This document shows positions 43,667-54,812 of a DNA stretch of 64,000 nucleotides, one piece after another. The DNA lies in the NCBI GenBank assembly GCA_004764695.1, contig SMSO01000007.1, positions 1,557,270 through 1,621,269 on the forward strand. The letters run 5' to 3'. The notes beneath the pieces were generated by a model. That model was not told the DNA's origin. It did no database searches and worked only from the letters and a program-made list of their open reading frames with translations. Made by a program: the position numbers and the translations under genes. Source of the DNA: Schizochytrium sp. TIO01 (taxonomy: Eukaryota; Protista; Bigyra: Labyrinthulomycetes). Within the stretch, counting starts at the first letter, position 1; each line of letters starts with the position of its first letter.

Positions 43667-44776
43667 CGCGGGCAATGTAACATATTCTATTGAATGTAAT
43701 GTTAATTAATATAAAGGCAAGGTCATGCTGATCCTAGTTCTAATTTTGTTTCTCTGAGGGCAAATTTGCCACTTGCGGCAGAATAAAGATTTAAGAGCGC
43801 TTTTCAAAAGCTCTTATTTGCTTCCTTCACAGTTGGACACTACTCGGAAAGTTGTCATAATCCTAAATTGGTATGCGATGCTTGCTAAGTGACTTCGTCC
43901 CGCATATCTATAAGAATTCCATCAAAGTTTGAGAATACTACTAATTTCAAGTATTATTTAAACTTTTGGCATGGCTAGTTAGTTTGTTACAAGTACTGGT
44001 CTTCTCGTCTTAACAAGAGCAAAGAAAAGCTGGCATTAATTTTCTTAGAAGCACTGGTCTAAGGGCACACTGCATAAAAAACCATGCATATCAACGTTTG
44101 GCTCAATGAGTTTAAATGTATTGACAACAAGAATTCAAGCAGATTAAATAAAGTTAAAAGATCAAGGAGGTAAGATGTAATCATTTAAAAAACATTTTTT
44201 CTTTCTTTCTAAAAAGGAGGCATAACCTGACGAATATGTGTGCAAAGCACTTTCATTACTCTTATCTTTCGATACATAACTACAATGTAGCTATGCTGGG
44301 TCCCAACTCAGAAGCTACATTTGAAGTCAATAGTCGATTTTCGAAGTTCGAGTTGCTTGCAGCTATGCATATCCGCCAGCTTCCTTTTTGGCTTGGCTCT
44401 TGGACCTACTCACACGATGTTCATGTTCGCAGTAAATAAGTCCAAGGTAATATCTCTAAACCCAGGAATAGGAATGGTAATTTTATGAAAGGGCTCTTCA
44501 CACGTTCAACTACTTTAGACCCTTCCTTCGTTCTGTCCATTTGAATCGATTAAAACGAGTAGAGTCGTGCAGTTTTTGGAAATTGCAATCCGCACTTCTG
44601 AAAGGGATTTATTGCTTGTTTACTAGACCACTCGGCCGTAGACTCCAGTGATGACACTAAAGATAGTCGTGGTGATTGTAAACTTACCTCTGTTATCAAC
44701 ATGAGAGGTAGCATTTATTCGTTTTCGCAAGTTAATCAGGCGCTAAAGATATGACTATCCATCCCATTCGCATAGA

Positions 44777-45949
44777 TCATGATAGGGATACAGACTTGCG
44801 CTCTGCCTCATCCAAAATACACCAATTAGGACTCTGCTGTTGGCGTAGCCACCGGAAGTCATCGACGTCCTTCCACATGTCAACTGCACGTGGCACATTA
44901 AGTCCCGCGGTCTGAAGTTGGTCTTCCAGGCCTTCGTAAGTAAGACCATAAGGTGCAAAACGCAGTTCCGAGCAGTGCTCAAAAATTGGTCGAGAGAGTA
45001 CGTGGAGGTAGAAGTCGCAGCGCTTTGTGTCATGAATTCTTATTTGCCTAGACGCAATCATAAACTCACAATCCTCACAATTTTCAAAGAAGCATGATCC
45101 AGCCACCGGTCCAATGTATACTTTGCACCGCTTCATATGCAGAAACCTCACAGCCCCAGTGGGTTTAAGCAGTTTCACTGTGCAGTCCTCAAGTTCCCTG
45201 ATCCTTACATCCTGATCTCCTCGAACATCATTCTCCTCAGCCACGTTTACCTGCTCTCCTTTACGTTTCTCTACAACAACCTCTGTGCTTTCTAGAGACA
45301 TACTTGCCAGAAGTGCTTCTGCTGCCCGAGGTTTCTGAGCTCTCTCAGAAGTTGCATCCTTGTCCACATTTTTCTCCTCATTCCCAGGATCTGTAGGACC
45401 TATTTTCCCGGCATTCTTTTCAGTACTTTCAGCATTGTTGCCAGAGAGATCTTCAGCACTCTTCGTCGCTGTCTTCAATTTTGATCTAGAGCCGAATGCA
45501 AATTTGCGTCTCGGAGCGAGGTCCACGCGAGCCTGTTCGATCGCGTTTCCTGCCGCTGCAATTTTATCCGAGGCTTGCCGAATATCGTACGGTGGGAGAA
45601 ATAGAGTGGCCGCTGCGAGTTCCTTCTGCATGAGCACAACTTCTGCTGCTAGAGCATCAAGTTGTTTCTTCAGATCCGCTCTCGAAAGGGCAGCATTTCG
45701 AGCATCCGTGAGTCCTTGTTGAATTCGACCGTCGATGGCTTCAAATCTGCGCAAGAAGGCTCCAATGTCCTGCGAAGGGTCCGCTGCCTGTTGCCTTTCT
45801 TCCTGCCTCCGCTCCTGCTCTTGCCTCCGTTCATCGAGCTTCCGCTGCCACCTCCCCTCCAGCGCCTGTCGTTTGCGCTCTGCCGCATCGTCAGCACTGC
45901 AGTCGCGGCCATCCACGGCGTACTCCGTGCGAAGCTCCTCGCCGCTCAT
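44777..45949 (-). CDS. TBCC: Tubulin-specific chaperone C
   Basis: N-terminal helical domain (FLPPYDIR, PRRKFAF) and a C-CAP/cofactor C beta-helix (GPVAGS, ASRQIRIH, SRPIFEHC, FAPY, WKDVDDFRWLR..SPNW). Confidence 0.95.
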   Translation of the reverse strand: MSGEELRTEYAVDGRDCSADDAAERKRQALEGRWQRKLDERRQEQERRQEERQQAADPSQDIGAFLRRFEAIDGRIQQGLTDARNAALSRADLKKQLDALAAEVVLMQKELAAATLFLPPYDIRQASDKIAAAGNAIEQARVDLAPRRKFAFGSRSKLKTATKSAEDLSGNNAESTEKNAGKIGPTDPGNEEKNVDKDATSERAQKPRAAEALLASMSLESTEVVVEKRKGEQVNVAEENDVRGDQDVRIRELEDCTVKLLKPTGAVRFLHMKRCKVYIGPVAGSCFFENCEDCEFMIASRQIRIHDTKRCDFYLHVLSRPIFEHCSELRFAPYGLTYEGLEDQLQTAGLNVPRAVDMWKDVDDFRWLRQQQSPNWCILDEAERKSVSLS

Positions 45950-47277
45950 CGTAGCGCGAGCTCAAGCTCTCGTGCTTCTTCCACGGCCCTGAGCACACCA
46001 AAGGCGCTCTCCAGGCGACCTCTGATGACTCTATCGCGTTTCCCTTGCGCCTAAGCTCGTGTCCAAAACGGTTTTAGAATACTTGCTCATTCTTGCTCTT
46101 CCTTTGAGAATGGAGTTCACTAGTTCTGGGCTCCTTTTATTTTGATACCCTATAAGTACCCAAACCACTCCTCACCGCAACGTTCTTCTGACCCCAAGAA
46201 TACTGTCACAGTATCAAAATTACTTTCCATCGGCGACGAATTCTTTGGGAAACTTCGGCGCTGCTTGCTCACGAAGGGTGGTTTGCAGAGGCCCTCCTTC
46301 GACTTCTGAGTTGCAACTGACTTTGGGGCTTGTTTAGGACCTCTTCACTGAGTTTTAATGCCAGTTAATTCGAGAAACTGTTGAAATGTAACCGTGCCGA
46401 GTTTTATAGCCAACAACGCTAAATACTAGATGGAAGTCACGATGCCTGCAGCTGCCTTGCTTTTAGGCTAGTGTCTTGAGACATTGGGCCCCAACTTCAG
46501 AGACAGAAACGTTTCCCAGGAGCGTCTTTAGCTGATATCTCCATCTCCTTTCGAGGCCCTCTTGCTTCTGTTATCTATCCCATTTTCAAGGCATCAAACT
46601 ACGTGGGACAATGAATGATTGTCTCCTTTTCAATTACAAGAACAGAGAGAAAAAAGAAAAGAGAAGAGTCTAAAGTAAATCAGAAAACATGGGGCTTTGG
46701 TTTGCTGGCAAGTCCTTTGGCTCCTCGCTGCAAGTCACGTACCTTTGCTGTTCTCGAGAACCTCCAGACAGCACCCACGGCGCTGGGGCTAGTGGCGAAG
46801 CGGTGTGGAACGAGTGAGCAGAAACCTTATCGATTGGGGCGGCCGATCACGAGGGTGTGTACTACTGGAACAGAGACACGAAACCGTCGAAGACGATGTC
46901 GCCGAGAGCGGAGAAGGCCCACTCACTGGCTCACTCCCTGCCAGCAGCATCGCAGCAAGTGAATTAGCCTTGGGCCACACACAGGCCGAGGAAGGACGCG
47001 TTGGGGATCTTCAGCAATCAACCAACTTAGTCGGCTGGTAAAGCTCCGTGAGCAGAAGCTTCGAGTTCGCCATAGCAAGAACGAGGGCTAGACCTACAAG
47101 TGAATACAACTAAAAGACCTGCTTGGGCTCGAGGATCTCTTACAATTCCTTGGAAATAAAACCAGATACAGTTGCCACAGAAGAGGTATCCCAACTGGAC
47201 ACAAACACTCTTTTGAAAGACCTGCTGCGATTCGAGTGGTTGCACGGAAATAAATCTGGTGCAGAGCAGGCTAGAAA

Positions 47278-50200
47278 ATGCGTGCACGAGTTGACCCAGC
47301 TACTGCTGCCTGGGAACGTGGTCTAAGAAATCAAGACCTGCAGCAGGGGCAGCACGGGCAGCTTGACGAAGATGCACTTAGAGTCAGAGCCCGGCTGTTT
47401 TCGAGAATGGAGATGAGGAACGCCAGGGAATTTGCATGCAAATTTGTATTCAGACTTGTTGGTGAGCGAAATATAGTTGCTGAAGATAATGATATAAGCA
47501 TTGAAGAATGGAAGACAAAAGTGCGGCAAGATGATGATCTGAGCAACATCAACATTTTTGATAAAGACCTCTGTAGGTTGGACTCAGAAGGAAGACATGA
47601 TTACCAGCAACGGCAGCGGAGGTATAGTCTCAATCGAAGGACTGACAGACGGGGGAAACTTTCGGTCCTAGACGGAGAGCGTCTCATATATCGCGAGCAG
47701 TCCTGTGCAAATGACAATAGTCTTGGCGATACACAGCTCCAGGAGGACAGCCTTGAGCTCGAGTTTATCGCAGATAAGATAATTGAACAGGAACAATCAA
47801 CGAGCAAGCGTGCATTTGCTGGGTGTCTGGAACGAGTCGTGCAAAGGCTCATGGATGGGAAGAATGGTAGCGTTCTCGTCCTTCACTGGGAGCCTACTGC
47901 TGTGGAGATGGCTTGCCAGACTATTTTTAACTACATGGAGGTCGTGCAGGCTCTTGAAGCAGAGTTTGACGGACGCACTACGCTCGATCCCGGTGTGACA
48001 CTTTCCTGGGTTGAGGTTAGGGGAAGCCAGGCCCAGATTCATGATGCCTTGGCGACTGCAGCTCGAACCTCCTCTATGAAACGACCAGGTTCTGCTTCCT
48101 CACGTGAGGATAGACCTCGCGTTGCTGAAGAAGGATCGAACATGGTTAATGTTCTTGAGGTTCGTGTAACCAGTATGCACGAAGCCAGCCAAGTCATCGC
48201 ACGTATGACATCGCTAAAATATCCTGACTCAACAAACACATATTTGGACGAAATTAATGAATCATCCTCCTCAGGGGGACCCGGGCAAGGACCGGTGCAC
48301 CGTATCTTAACCTTCAAAAGAGGCGATGCACGTTTGCAGCTCATCTTCTGTGATCCACGGGAACCATCAGAATTACAGAATTTCAATAATGTACTCGACG
48401 CGCTTGAGACACGGCGTCCTTCGACCCCATTTCACACCTCGCGGGTTGCTAATCTATTACGCGGGGCGCTTATGGATCGCGAGGCTCTAATGGTTGTAGG
48501 AGTGCTCAGCTGCGAGGCAAGCTCAACACTAGATAGTTCATACGAGGTCACTGATCCTGATCTTGCAATTGCAACTCTTGGGCTTATGACTCGAATCCAG
48601 CACTATTGTGGCCTTCGTGATGAAAGCTTGGCTACCCCCGAGCCACAGGTGCCGTCGGTCGAAGAGCTCTTTGCGGCAAGTGATCTTAGCAGTCATTCGC
48701 ACTGGGGGCTTACAGGTATTATTTCCCCTGTGCCGAGCATGGCGTCGGCCAGCCCTAGAAGTGAATATGCAAGCGAGGGAGGCAAGGTAACATCGCCAAG
48801 CCTCGAGGCAAGCTCCAAGAGGGTTCTCTCACTCTTAGAAAAATCGCCATCCTCTGCTTCCCAAGAATTTTCTGAATTGTCATCACGCAGGTCTCCGTCG
48901 GCCACATCTGCAAGGGAGGCAGCAGAATGGATCAAGGTTGCTCTCACTCGTCTCGACGAGGATGCCGCTATCATTCAGAATTTACACGAGACAAATGAGT
49001 TTCTCACTCTTGAAAAGCAGGAGATTGCAAATGCAAGCGAGCAGCTCAAGGTCGAACTTTCTCAAGTAGTGGCATCTCTCACATCTGCCCAGGCAGAGAT
49101 TGATGACCTCCGAATGCAAGTTGCTACAGCGGCGGCAACAAAAGCTGCAAGGGAACCGCATGCCCTATTCTCTGAGAAAGGTAATTCATCAAGTCCAAGA
49201 GTCATCTCTCAAGTTGGGACCGGAGAACACAGGAGGCTAGCTAGTAGCGACGCAAGTGATGATGAGGACTTTGCTTTATATAGACATGTTATGGAGACAA
49301 CTGTCTTGCGAATCCAGGAAGAGCTGAATAAGGTTATTCGAGAGCGAGACGAAGCATTAGAAATGACCAAAAGGGCAGAGGCCAAGTCTCGACGCGACCA
49401 CAAGGCGTCTACTGAGCAAGCGAAGTATGTAAAGGAAGTTTCAGAAAAGCTCACTAATTTGTTTCACAAATCTCAGAGCCAGCAACAAGAACTGGAAGCG
49501 CTGCAGCAGGATCACGAGAAGCTACTTGCACGATCAAAAAGAGAGCGCTCCGATCTTGACTCTACGCGTAAGCAAAGGCAACAACTCCAAAGTGAACGCG
49601 ATGCACTTGTAACGCAGCTGAATGACTCAGTCGGTGCCATGGAAGAGAAGCATCAGCGAGAAATCAACTCCCTAAAGCAGCAGCTTACGACTGCCAATGA
49701 GCAGCTTCAAGAGGCTCTCACTGAAGCCAAACGTGTTGCGCTTCTGTATTCCCGCTCGCCCTCCACCGTTCAAATGAGCAACTCTTCTCACCCACGCGGA
49801 AGCTTTACCACCTCAGAAAGCAGTGAAGACTCATGCCCAATGGACGATATTGTGGCTCTGCTTCGTGAACGCAAAGAGGCTCTTCTTAAAACATCATCGA
49901 GTGCTTCAATATCCTCCTCTCCATCTGGCAGTGAAGGCAGCGAGTCGTGGGGAGGCGTAGATCCAACTTTGGGATCTCTGGCGAACCAACAACGGCCAAG
50001 ACTTGATCGGCGTGCTTTCACCGAAAGCCTATTGGCGGGACTCAAGGCGAAGCGCGAGCAGCGAGGCCGTCTTTCATCTAGGGCAAGCGCTCAAGGCTAT
50101 CCTGCAGCAGAGGATTCCTTGAGAATAAACAACGACAGCAAGAAGGAGCCAGCTGTGGTCGGTGACTACTTTGCTGGAGAGGAGGAAAAAGAAGATGACA

Positions 50201-50592
50201 AGATTGAGGGAATTCGTGCATCTGGGCACCGCAGAGGGTCCCTTTCTTCGGCTGGCCCGATCATTGTCGGAACTTCTGTTCTTCGTAATGATAGTCTCAC
50301 AGCAACACGGAGGCATCGAAGTGCAAGTGATAGCCCTCGCGATGTTCGCAGGCGCTCACAAATGAATAATGCAATGTCATCACGGGGTCGACAGAATTCA
50401 ACGGCTTCAGAGCACCCAAGAGGTAGGCAACCTGGGCGAATCGGTTTACAACAAAATCATTCGAAGAAGACTGTGCCAGCCCAAATGAATAAACAGGTAG
50501 CGTATGGACTTAAGTCTGAGGCGCACGAATTGCGACGGAAAGCCTTTCAGCAATATGGAGGCAAACCGTCTTGGAAAATTGCAGGCAACTGA
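47278..50592 (+). CDS. Degenerate kinesin-like protein (motor-homology domain lacking ATPase motifs) plus coiled-coil stalk
   Basis: Kinesin scaffold motifs occur in the right order: VQRLMDGKNGSVL, VTLSWVEV..IHDAL, EVRVTSMHEA, HRILTF, LQLI, FNNVLDAL...TPFHTSRVANLLRGAL and LMVVGVLS. The P-loop, SSRSH and DLAGSE motifs are absent. Confidence 0.75.
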   Translation: MRARVDPATAAWERGLRNQDLQQGQHGQLDEDALRVRARLFSRMEMRNAREFACKFVFRLVGERNIVAEDNDISIEEWKTKVRQDDDLSNINIFDKDLCRLDSEGRHDYQQRQRRYSLNRRTDRRGKLSVLDGERLIYREQSCANDNSLGDTQLQEDSLELEFIADKIIEQEQSTSKRAFAGCLERVVQRLMDGKNGSVLVLHWEPTAVEMACQTIFNYMEVVQALEAEFDGRTTLDPGVTLSWVEVRGSQAQIHDALATAARTSSMKRPGSASSREDRPRVAEEGSNMVNVLEVRVTSMHEASQVIARMTSLKYPDSTNTYLDEINESSSSGGPGQGPVHRILTFKRGDARLQLIFCDPREPSELQNFNNVLDALETRRPSTPFHTSRVANLLRGALMDREALMVVGVLSCEASSTLDSSYEVTDPDLAIATLGLMTRIQHYCGLRDESLATPEPQVPSVEELFAASDLSSHSHWGLTGIISPVPSMASASPRSEYASEGGKVTSPSLEASSKRVLSLLEKSPSSASQEFSELSSRRSPSATSAREAAEWIKVALTRLDEDAAIIQNLHETNEFLTLEKQEIANASEQLKVELSQVVASLTSAQAEIDDLRMQVATAAATKAAREPHALFSEKGNSSSPRVISQVGTGEHRRLASSDASDDEDFALYRHVMETTVLRIQEELNKVIRERDEALEMTKRAEAKSRRDHKASTEQAKYVKEVSEKLTNLFHKSQSQQQELEALQQDHEKLLARSKRERSDLDSTRKQRQQLQSERDALVTQLNDSVGAMEEKHQREINSLKQQLTTANEQLQEALTEAKRVALLYSRSPSTVQMSNSSHPRGSFTTSESSEDSCPMDDIVALLRERKEALLKTSSSASISSSPSGSEGSESWGGVDPTLGSLANQQRPRLDRRAFTESLLAGLKAKREQRGRLSSRASAQGYPAAEDSLRINNDSKKEPAVVGDYFAGEEEKEDDKIEGIRASGHRRGSLSSAGPIIVGTSVLRNDSLTATRRHRSASDSPRDVRRRSQMNNAMSSRGRQNSTASEHPRGRQPGRIGLQQNHSKKTVPAQMNKQVAYGLKSEAHELRRKAFQQYGGKPSWKIAGN

Positions 50593-51106
50593 GTTACGTC
50601 AAATGTTTTGTTTCACCAGCAGAAGTCAGCGTAACAGGTAAATTAATATCGAAGAAGTAAAGAATGATCTCTATTCATTGTTTTATATACAAATAATCAC
50701 ACGCATTAATCTAGAAAAATGTAGATCAGTTCTTCCCATCATAGGAGAACTTGATCAACTGACGTGACGATGTGTTGGGTTTGCGCGTAAAGACATACAC
50801 ATCAGGGCAAAGTGTTTGGATTTGCAAAAGAGTAATTGCCAAAAGAAGAGCGCTGGAATCTGATGAGCAGTGGAAATTTACTTGTATGAGATTCATCAAG
50901 ACTTTCTTGATTCAGAAGATAGCCTTAGGACTAAGTCAGCGAGCTCCTCTTGTGAATAATGTAAACAAAAGCAAGGGTCCATAGCCCGGAAGATATACAA
51001 AACCATTTTCGCAAAGAGTGGCCTTTCCAATGCTTTCCCAAGAGGAGAGGGCCAGGGTCCTTTCCAAAGTTTTCATAAAGCTGCTACCCCCATCATCAAG
51101 ACAAGC

Positions 51107-51343
51107 TTAGCCATAATATCTGTTCTTCATGGCGCGGTACTTCTTGAGGCTGATGACGCTCTTCATTTCTCTGACCCAGAATCTTCCCTCCGCGACCTTC
51201 TTGCGAATGCCAATCTCGTCGGTGATGTCCTTGTTCTGCATAATCCACGGCTTCGCCTTAGACTTGACCCAGTCGAGCCCATTAGGGTATTCCTTGCCCA
51301 CCGTCAAGATGCGCTTGTACAAATCTCGCACAAGAGGGTGCAT
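51107..51343 (-). CDS. ETFRF1: Mitochondrial LYR-motif protein, LYRM5/ETFRF1-like
   Basis: MHPLVRDLYKRILTVGKEYP.G...and LKKYRAMKNRYY. An alternative upstream in-frame ATG at 51448 follows a TTTGCAG acceptor-like site. Confidence 0.8.
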   Translation of the reverse strand: MHPLVRDLYKRILTVGKEYPNGLDWVKSKAKPWIMQNKDITDEIGIRKKVAEGRFWVREMKSVISLKKYRAMKNRYYG

Positions 51344-51754
51344 CTTCTCAACCGCAGGTGTGTCTCTTCTCCCAGCCTCCGCGCAAATCGCCAGTCCCAC
51401 TAGCGGCGTCGCAGCAGAAGTGGTTTTGGTCCAGGTTTCAATCGCCATCTGCAAAGACACCAAAGGAGACCACAATTCATTCCATCCAACTTTTACTTTT
51501 CCTTTTTCCCCCTTTTCAATTAAAAGAACAAAAGGAAAAAAGGAAAGAAAAAAGAAAAAATCATGGAAAAAGAGTTTTTTTCATCATCATAGTATTCACG
51601 ATGGGTAACTAACTTTTGCCAATTTCTTTTCCTATTCTTCACTGTAGACAGCTGAAAGTTACTATAGAGTTCTCAAAATACTCCACTTTCGCATACGCTT
51701 TATCTTTGCTTTTGTTGCACTTGCAGAGCCCAGAGCCGAAGGATGACTTCACCG

Positions 51755-51783
51755 CAGACAGACAGACAGACAGACAGACAGAC
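51755..51783. repeat. (CAGA)n microsatellite
   Basis: Directly visible. Confidence 0.9.
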
Positions 51784-53146
51784 TAAAAGGCGGATCCAGC
51801 CAGCCAGCTATCTATCTGGTGGAGCTGCGCTTCTGAGGAAGCAAGCTGCGCCACGCCTCTCAGGACCCTTCTTCCCTGCCTTCGGCGGCCCAGAGAACCG
51901 TCGGAACCGAGGCTGTCAAAGCGGTGCGGCAAGAATCCTTTGAGGTGCAGCGCAAGAACTTCACCTTCTTCTTCTTCTTCTTCTCTTCTTTTCATCGCCA
52001 TATATATATGATTGCTTTGCTTATTAACTCTTTCATTCTTTTCATTTCTTCTTTTTTTCTTCTTCTTTTTTCTTCTCTTTTCTCTTTCGTCTGTGAAGCC
52101 CAGGCGGGTTGTGCAGTCTGCGAATCTATGCCAGGATATCCTGTAGTATCTGCGGAACTCTTTTTACAAGGAAATGGGTTTCCCAAACATGTGCAGATGA
52201 CTAACATTTTGTTTGACTCAGCTGTTGTTCCACAGGGTATGATGAGCTCGAGAAGTGCATTCAAGGTGTCATGACGTCCAAGTTCTACGAGGGGAAACGT
52301 AGTCGTTCAAGGTTTTGGGATCATTTTCAGCAGACACCTTGAGGAGATAAGCCAGAGAGGCTTTGATGTCTTATTTATTTGTGAGAAGTTAAGGTGACCT
52401 ATCGATTCTCATCACTCTCTATACTATACATAGCCAATTAGTACTACGTAGGAGGATAGTAGTAGGTACACGTGATAAGAGGTAGTAGGACAACCCAATT
52501 TGGTGCCAAAATGGGTTCTTCTAATGGCCTTCATGACTACCATGTACCTCGAGCGATTTGTGCCGATTGCTTCTCATAAGTTTTTCAGCAGCTAGTTAAA
52601 TCTGTATTGACATGGGCCTCGATCTGGCAGGGCAAGCAAGAAGTTGGGCCATTGCTGTTGAGGGCAAGCTACACTCTAGATCTTGAAGAAAGCTCAAGCT
52701 CGAGAGTTAGCTTTAGCACCCTCCCTAGTCGACCATTTGCAATTAAGAAGAGCAAATTTGCGCAAACGATTTGCAGCATTGCAGATGGAAGCTGATCGAG
52801 CCGAGACTCGATCCAAGTCGCTCTCCGTCTGGTTGGGCCAGGTACAATCCTTGGTGATTAGCGGTGCAAATTGTAGATGCACTCAAGGGATCTCCGATCA
52901 ACGAAATGGCTCGGGCGGCGATGCTCGTATTTGCCATCAACTAGAAATTGCTCGCTCTCCAAGTTCGTTGGCGCTTGCTCCGCAACGGAGGCTGCGTTGC
53001 GAATTGAGTGTGATAAACCCGTACGAGTTGCGCAGACGACTTGGTACAGACAGAGAATCTTGTCTTCAGCTTTGGGAACGAAGTCAGATTTAATTTGCAT
53101 TTCACGGCTTGAAGACCTGTCTGTATCCATGGCTCTTCATCATGGG

Positions 53147-53205
53147 CAAAATGCAAAATGCAAAATGCAGAATGCAATTCGCAATTCGCAATTCGCAATT
53201 TGCAA
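53147..53205. repeat. Heptamer tandem repeats (GCAAAAT)n then (GCAATTC)n
   Basis: Directly visible. Confidence 0.85.
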
Positions 53206-54004
53206 CGATCACGCAGAGCAGAAGTCAATCAGCATTCGTGCGACTAGCTCTTGCAGGCCCTGGAGAAGGGTGTCGCCTCCCGGGTAGGGCTTTCCTGACA
53301 ACTTTTCAAGCACCGCCCGCCAGAAGGTAAGAACGCGCTCGGAATGGTGCTTCTCGGAACCAATGCACCAGCAATTCATCATCCTCCAGAGGTGTGCAGA
53401 AGACCTCTCGCTGCGCTGCATGCAATGCCATCACGAAGTCCACGGCGACGGTCTCGCTGGCGTCGCGGAGAAGTTCGCAGTAGCTCCAGCAGCAGCACCA
53501 GCAGCAGCAGTTTACAATTCCTCCGAGCAACTGACTCCCTCCGGGCCCTCCTTGCGCTCTGCAATGCGTCCCACGCGAGCAATCCGCGAGCATCCTGCGA
53601 GCATCCTGGCACGGACGAGAGGTCGCTTGCGTCCAATGGCCATTTCGGAAACCGCGGCGGCGTCAACGGCGGTCGCCTCGAGGGCTTTCCTGAGCAACCC
53701 TATTCATGTCAGGGTCGTGGCCACGCACGCTCGCTCGCTCGCTCTGCGGGCCCAGCTCGAGGCCGTGCTTGTTCCCAAAGACGCGACAGCGACAGGGCAG
53801 TCGGGAGGCGCCGGCCGCACGTTGAGTTGCGCAAGGTCGTCCTCAGGTCGCTCATCCTCAGCCAGCGGCGCCCAAGTCGAAGGTGGCTTTGATCTTCACG
53901 GTTCCATGCGCCAACGATTCCGTTCTCAAGGCTCTTGAAGACCTCGGGGTCCGGGACAGCTTGGCTCGGTCCAGCGCAACGCAAAAGCATTGAGGTGGCA
54001 TTGC

Positions 54005-54280
54005 GAAGGAATTGCATTGCGAAGGAATTGCGTTGCGAAGGAATTGCGTTGCGAAGGAATTGCATTGCATTGCGGAGGAATTGCATTGCATTGCGGAGGA
54101 ATTGCATTGCGAAGGAATTGCATTGCGAAGGAATTGCGTTGCGAAGGAATTGCGTTGCGAAGGAATTGCATTGCATTGCGGAGGAATTGCATTGCATTGC
54201 GGAGGAATTGCATTGCGAAGGAATTGCATTGCGAAGGAATTGCGTTGCGAAGGAATTGCGTTGCGAAGGAATTGCGTTGC
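54005..54280. repeat. Minisatellite: 16 units of G(A/G)AGGAATTGC(A/G)TTGC (16 or 21 bp) with a 106-bp higher-order period
   Basis: Unit order is A-B-B-C-D-E, A-B-B-C-D-E, A-B-B-B. Confidence 0.97.
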
Positions 54281-54515
54281 AAAGTTGTGTGGCGCAGACA
54301 AACGCGGGTGGCTGGCTCAAGTTGAGAGGGTTCGTCTTGGGCAGCTAGGGGCCTTTGGAAGGAGACCGACCTCTGGCGAGGAAAAGTCCACGCAAGAGAA
54401 CTATGTCACGATCATCATCACAATCACAGCGGTAACCGCGGAGAAGCACGTGCAACTCGGGCAACTTGCTTGCTTGGGCTCGCTCTTCCCGGCGTGCCAA
54501 CGAAAGGAGGCTCCG

Positions 54516-54558
54516 GAGTGAGTGAGTGAGTGAGTGAATGAATGAATGAATGAATGAA
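54516..54558. repeat. (GAGT)n(GAAT)n microsatellite
   Basis: Directly visible. Confidence 0.9.
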
Positions 54559-54740
54559 GATAGTACTCCAACAAGACACGAACTGCTTTTCCAACAACGG
54601 GACTGGGATGGCTTGATTCGGGGCCGCAAGACCACGCTTATGTTGATTGTACTCCTTCGTTTTTATGTTTTTTGACCTGGAGATGGGCTATCTTGGGCTT
54701 GCCATGATGGTGGATCCATGGGATCGGGCGAGCTGCTTCG

Positions 54741-54812
54741 AGGTCTTCCTTCTTCAAGGTCTTCCTTCTTCAAGGTCTTCCTTCTTCAAGGTCTTCCTTC
54801 TTCAAGGTCTTC
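54741..54812. repeat. 16-bp tandem repeat AGGTCTTCCTTCTTCA x4.5
   Basis: Four perfect copies plus a partial copy. Confidence 0.95.

Noticed and set aside
54005-54280. CRISPR-like array
   Set aside because: The units are contiguous with no unique spacers, there are no cas genes, and the context is eukaryotic.
53709-54521. Several overlapping 110-200 aa ORFs with Cys-rich repeats
   Set aside because: They are translations of the stop-free minisatellite, whose 16-bp unit is not a codon multiple. No evidence of coding.
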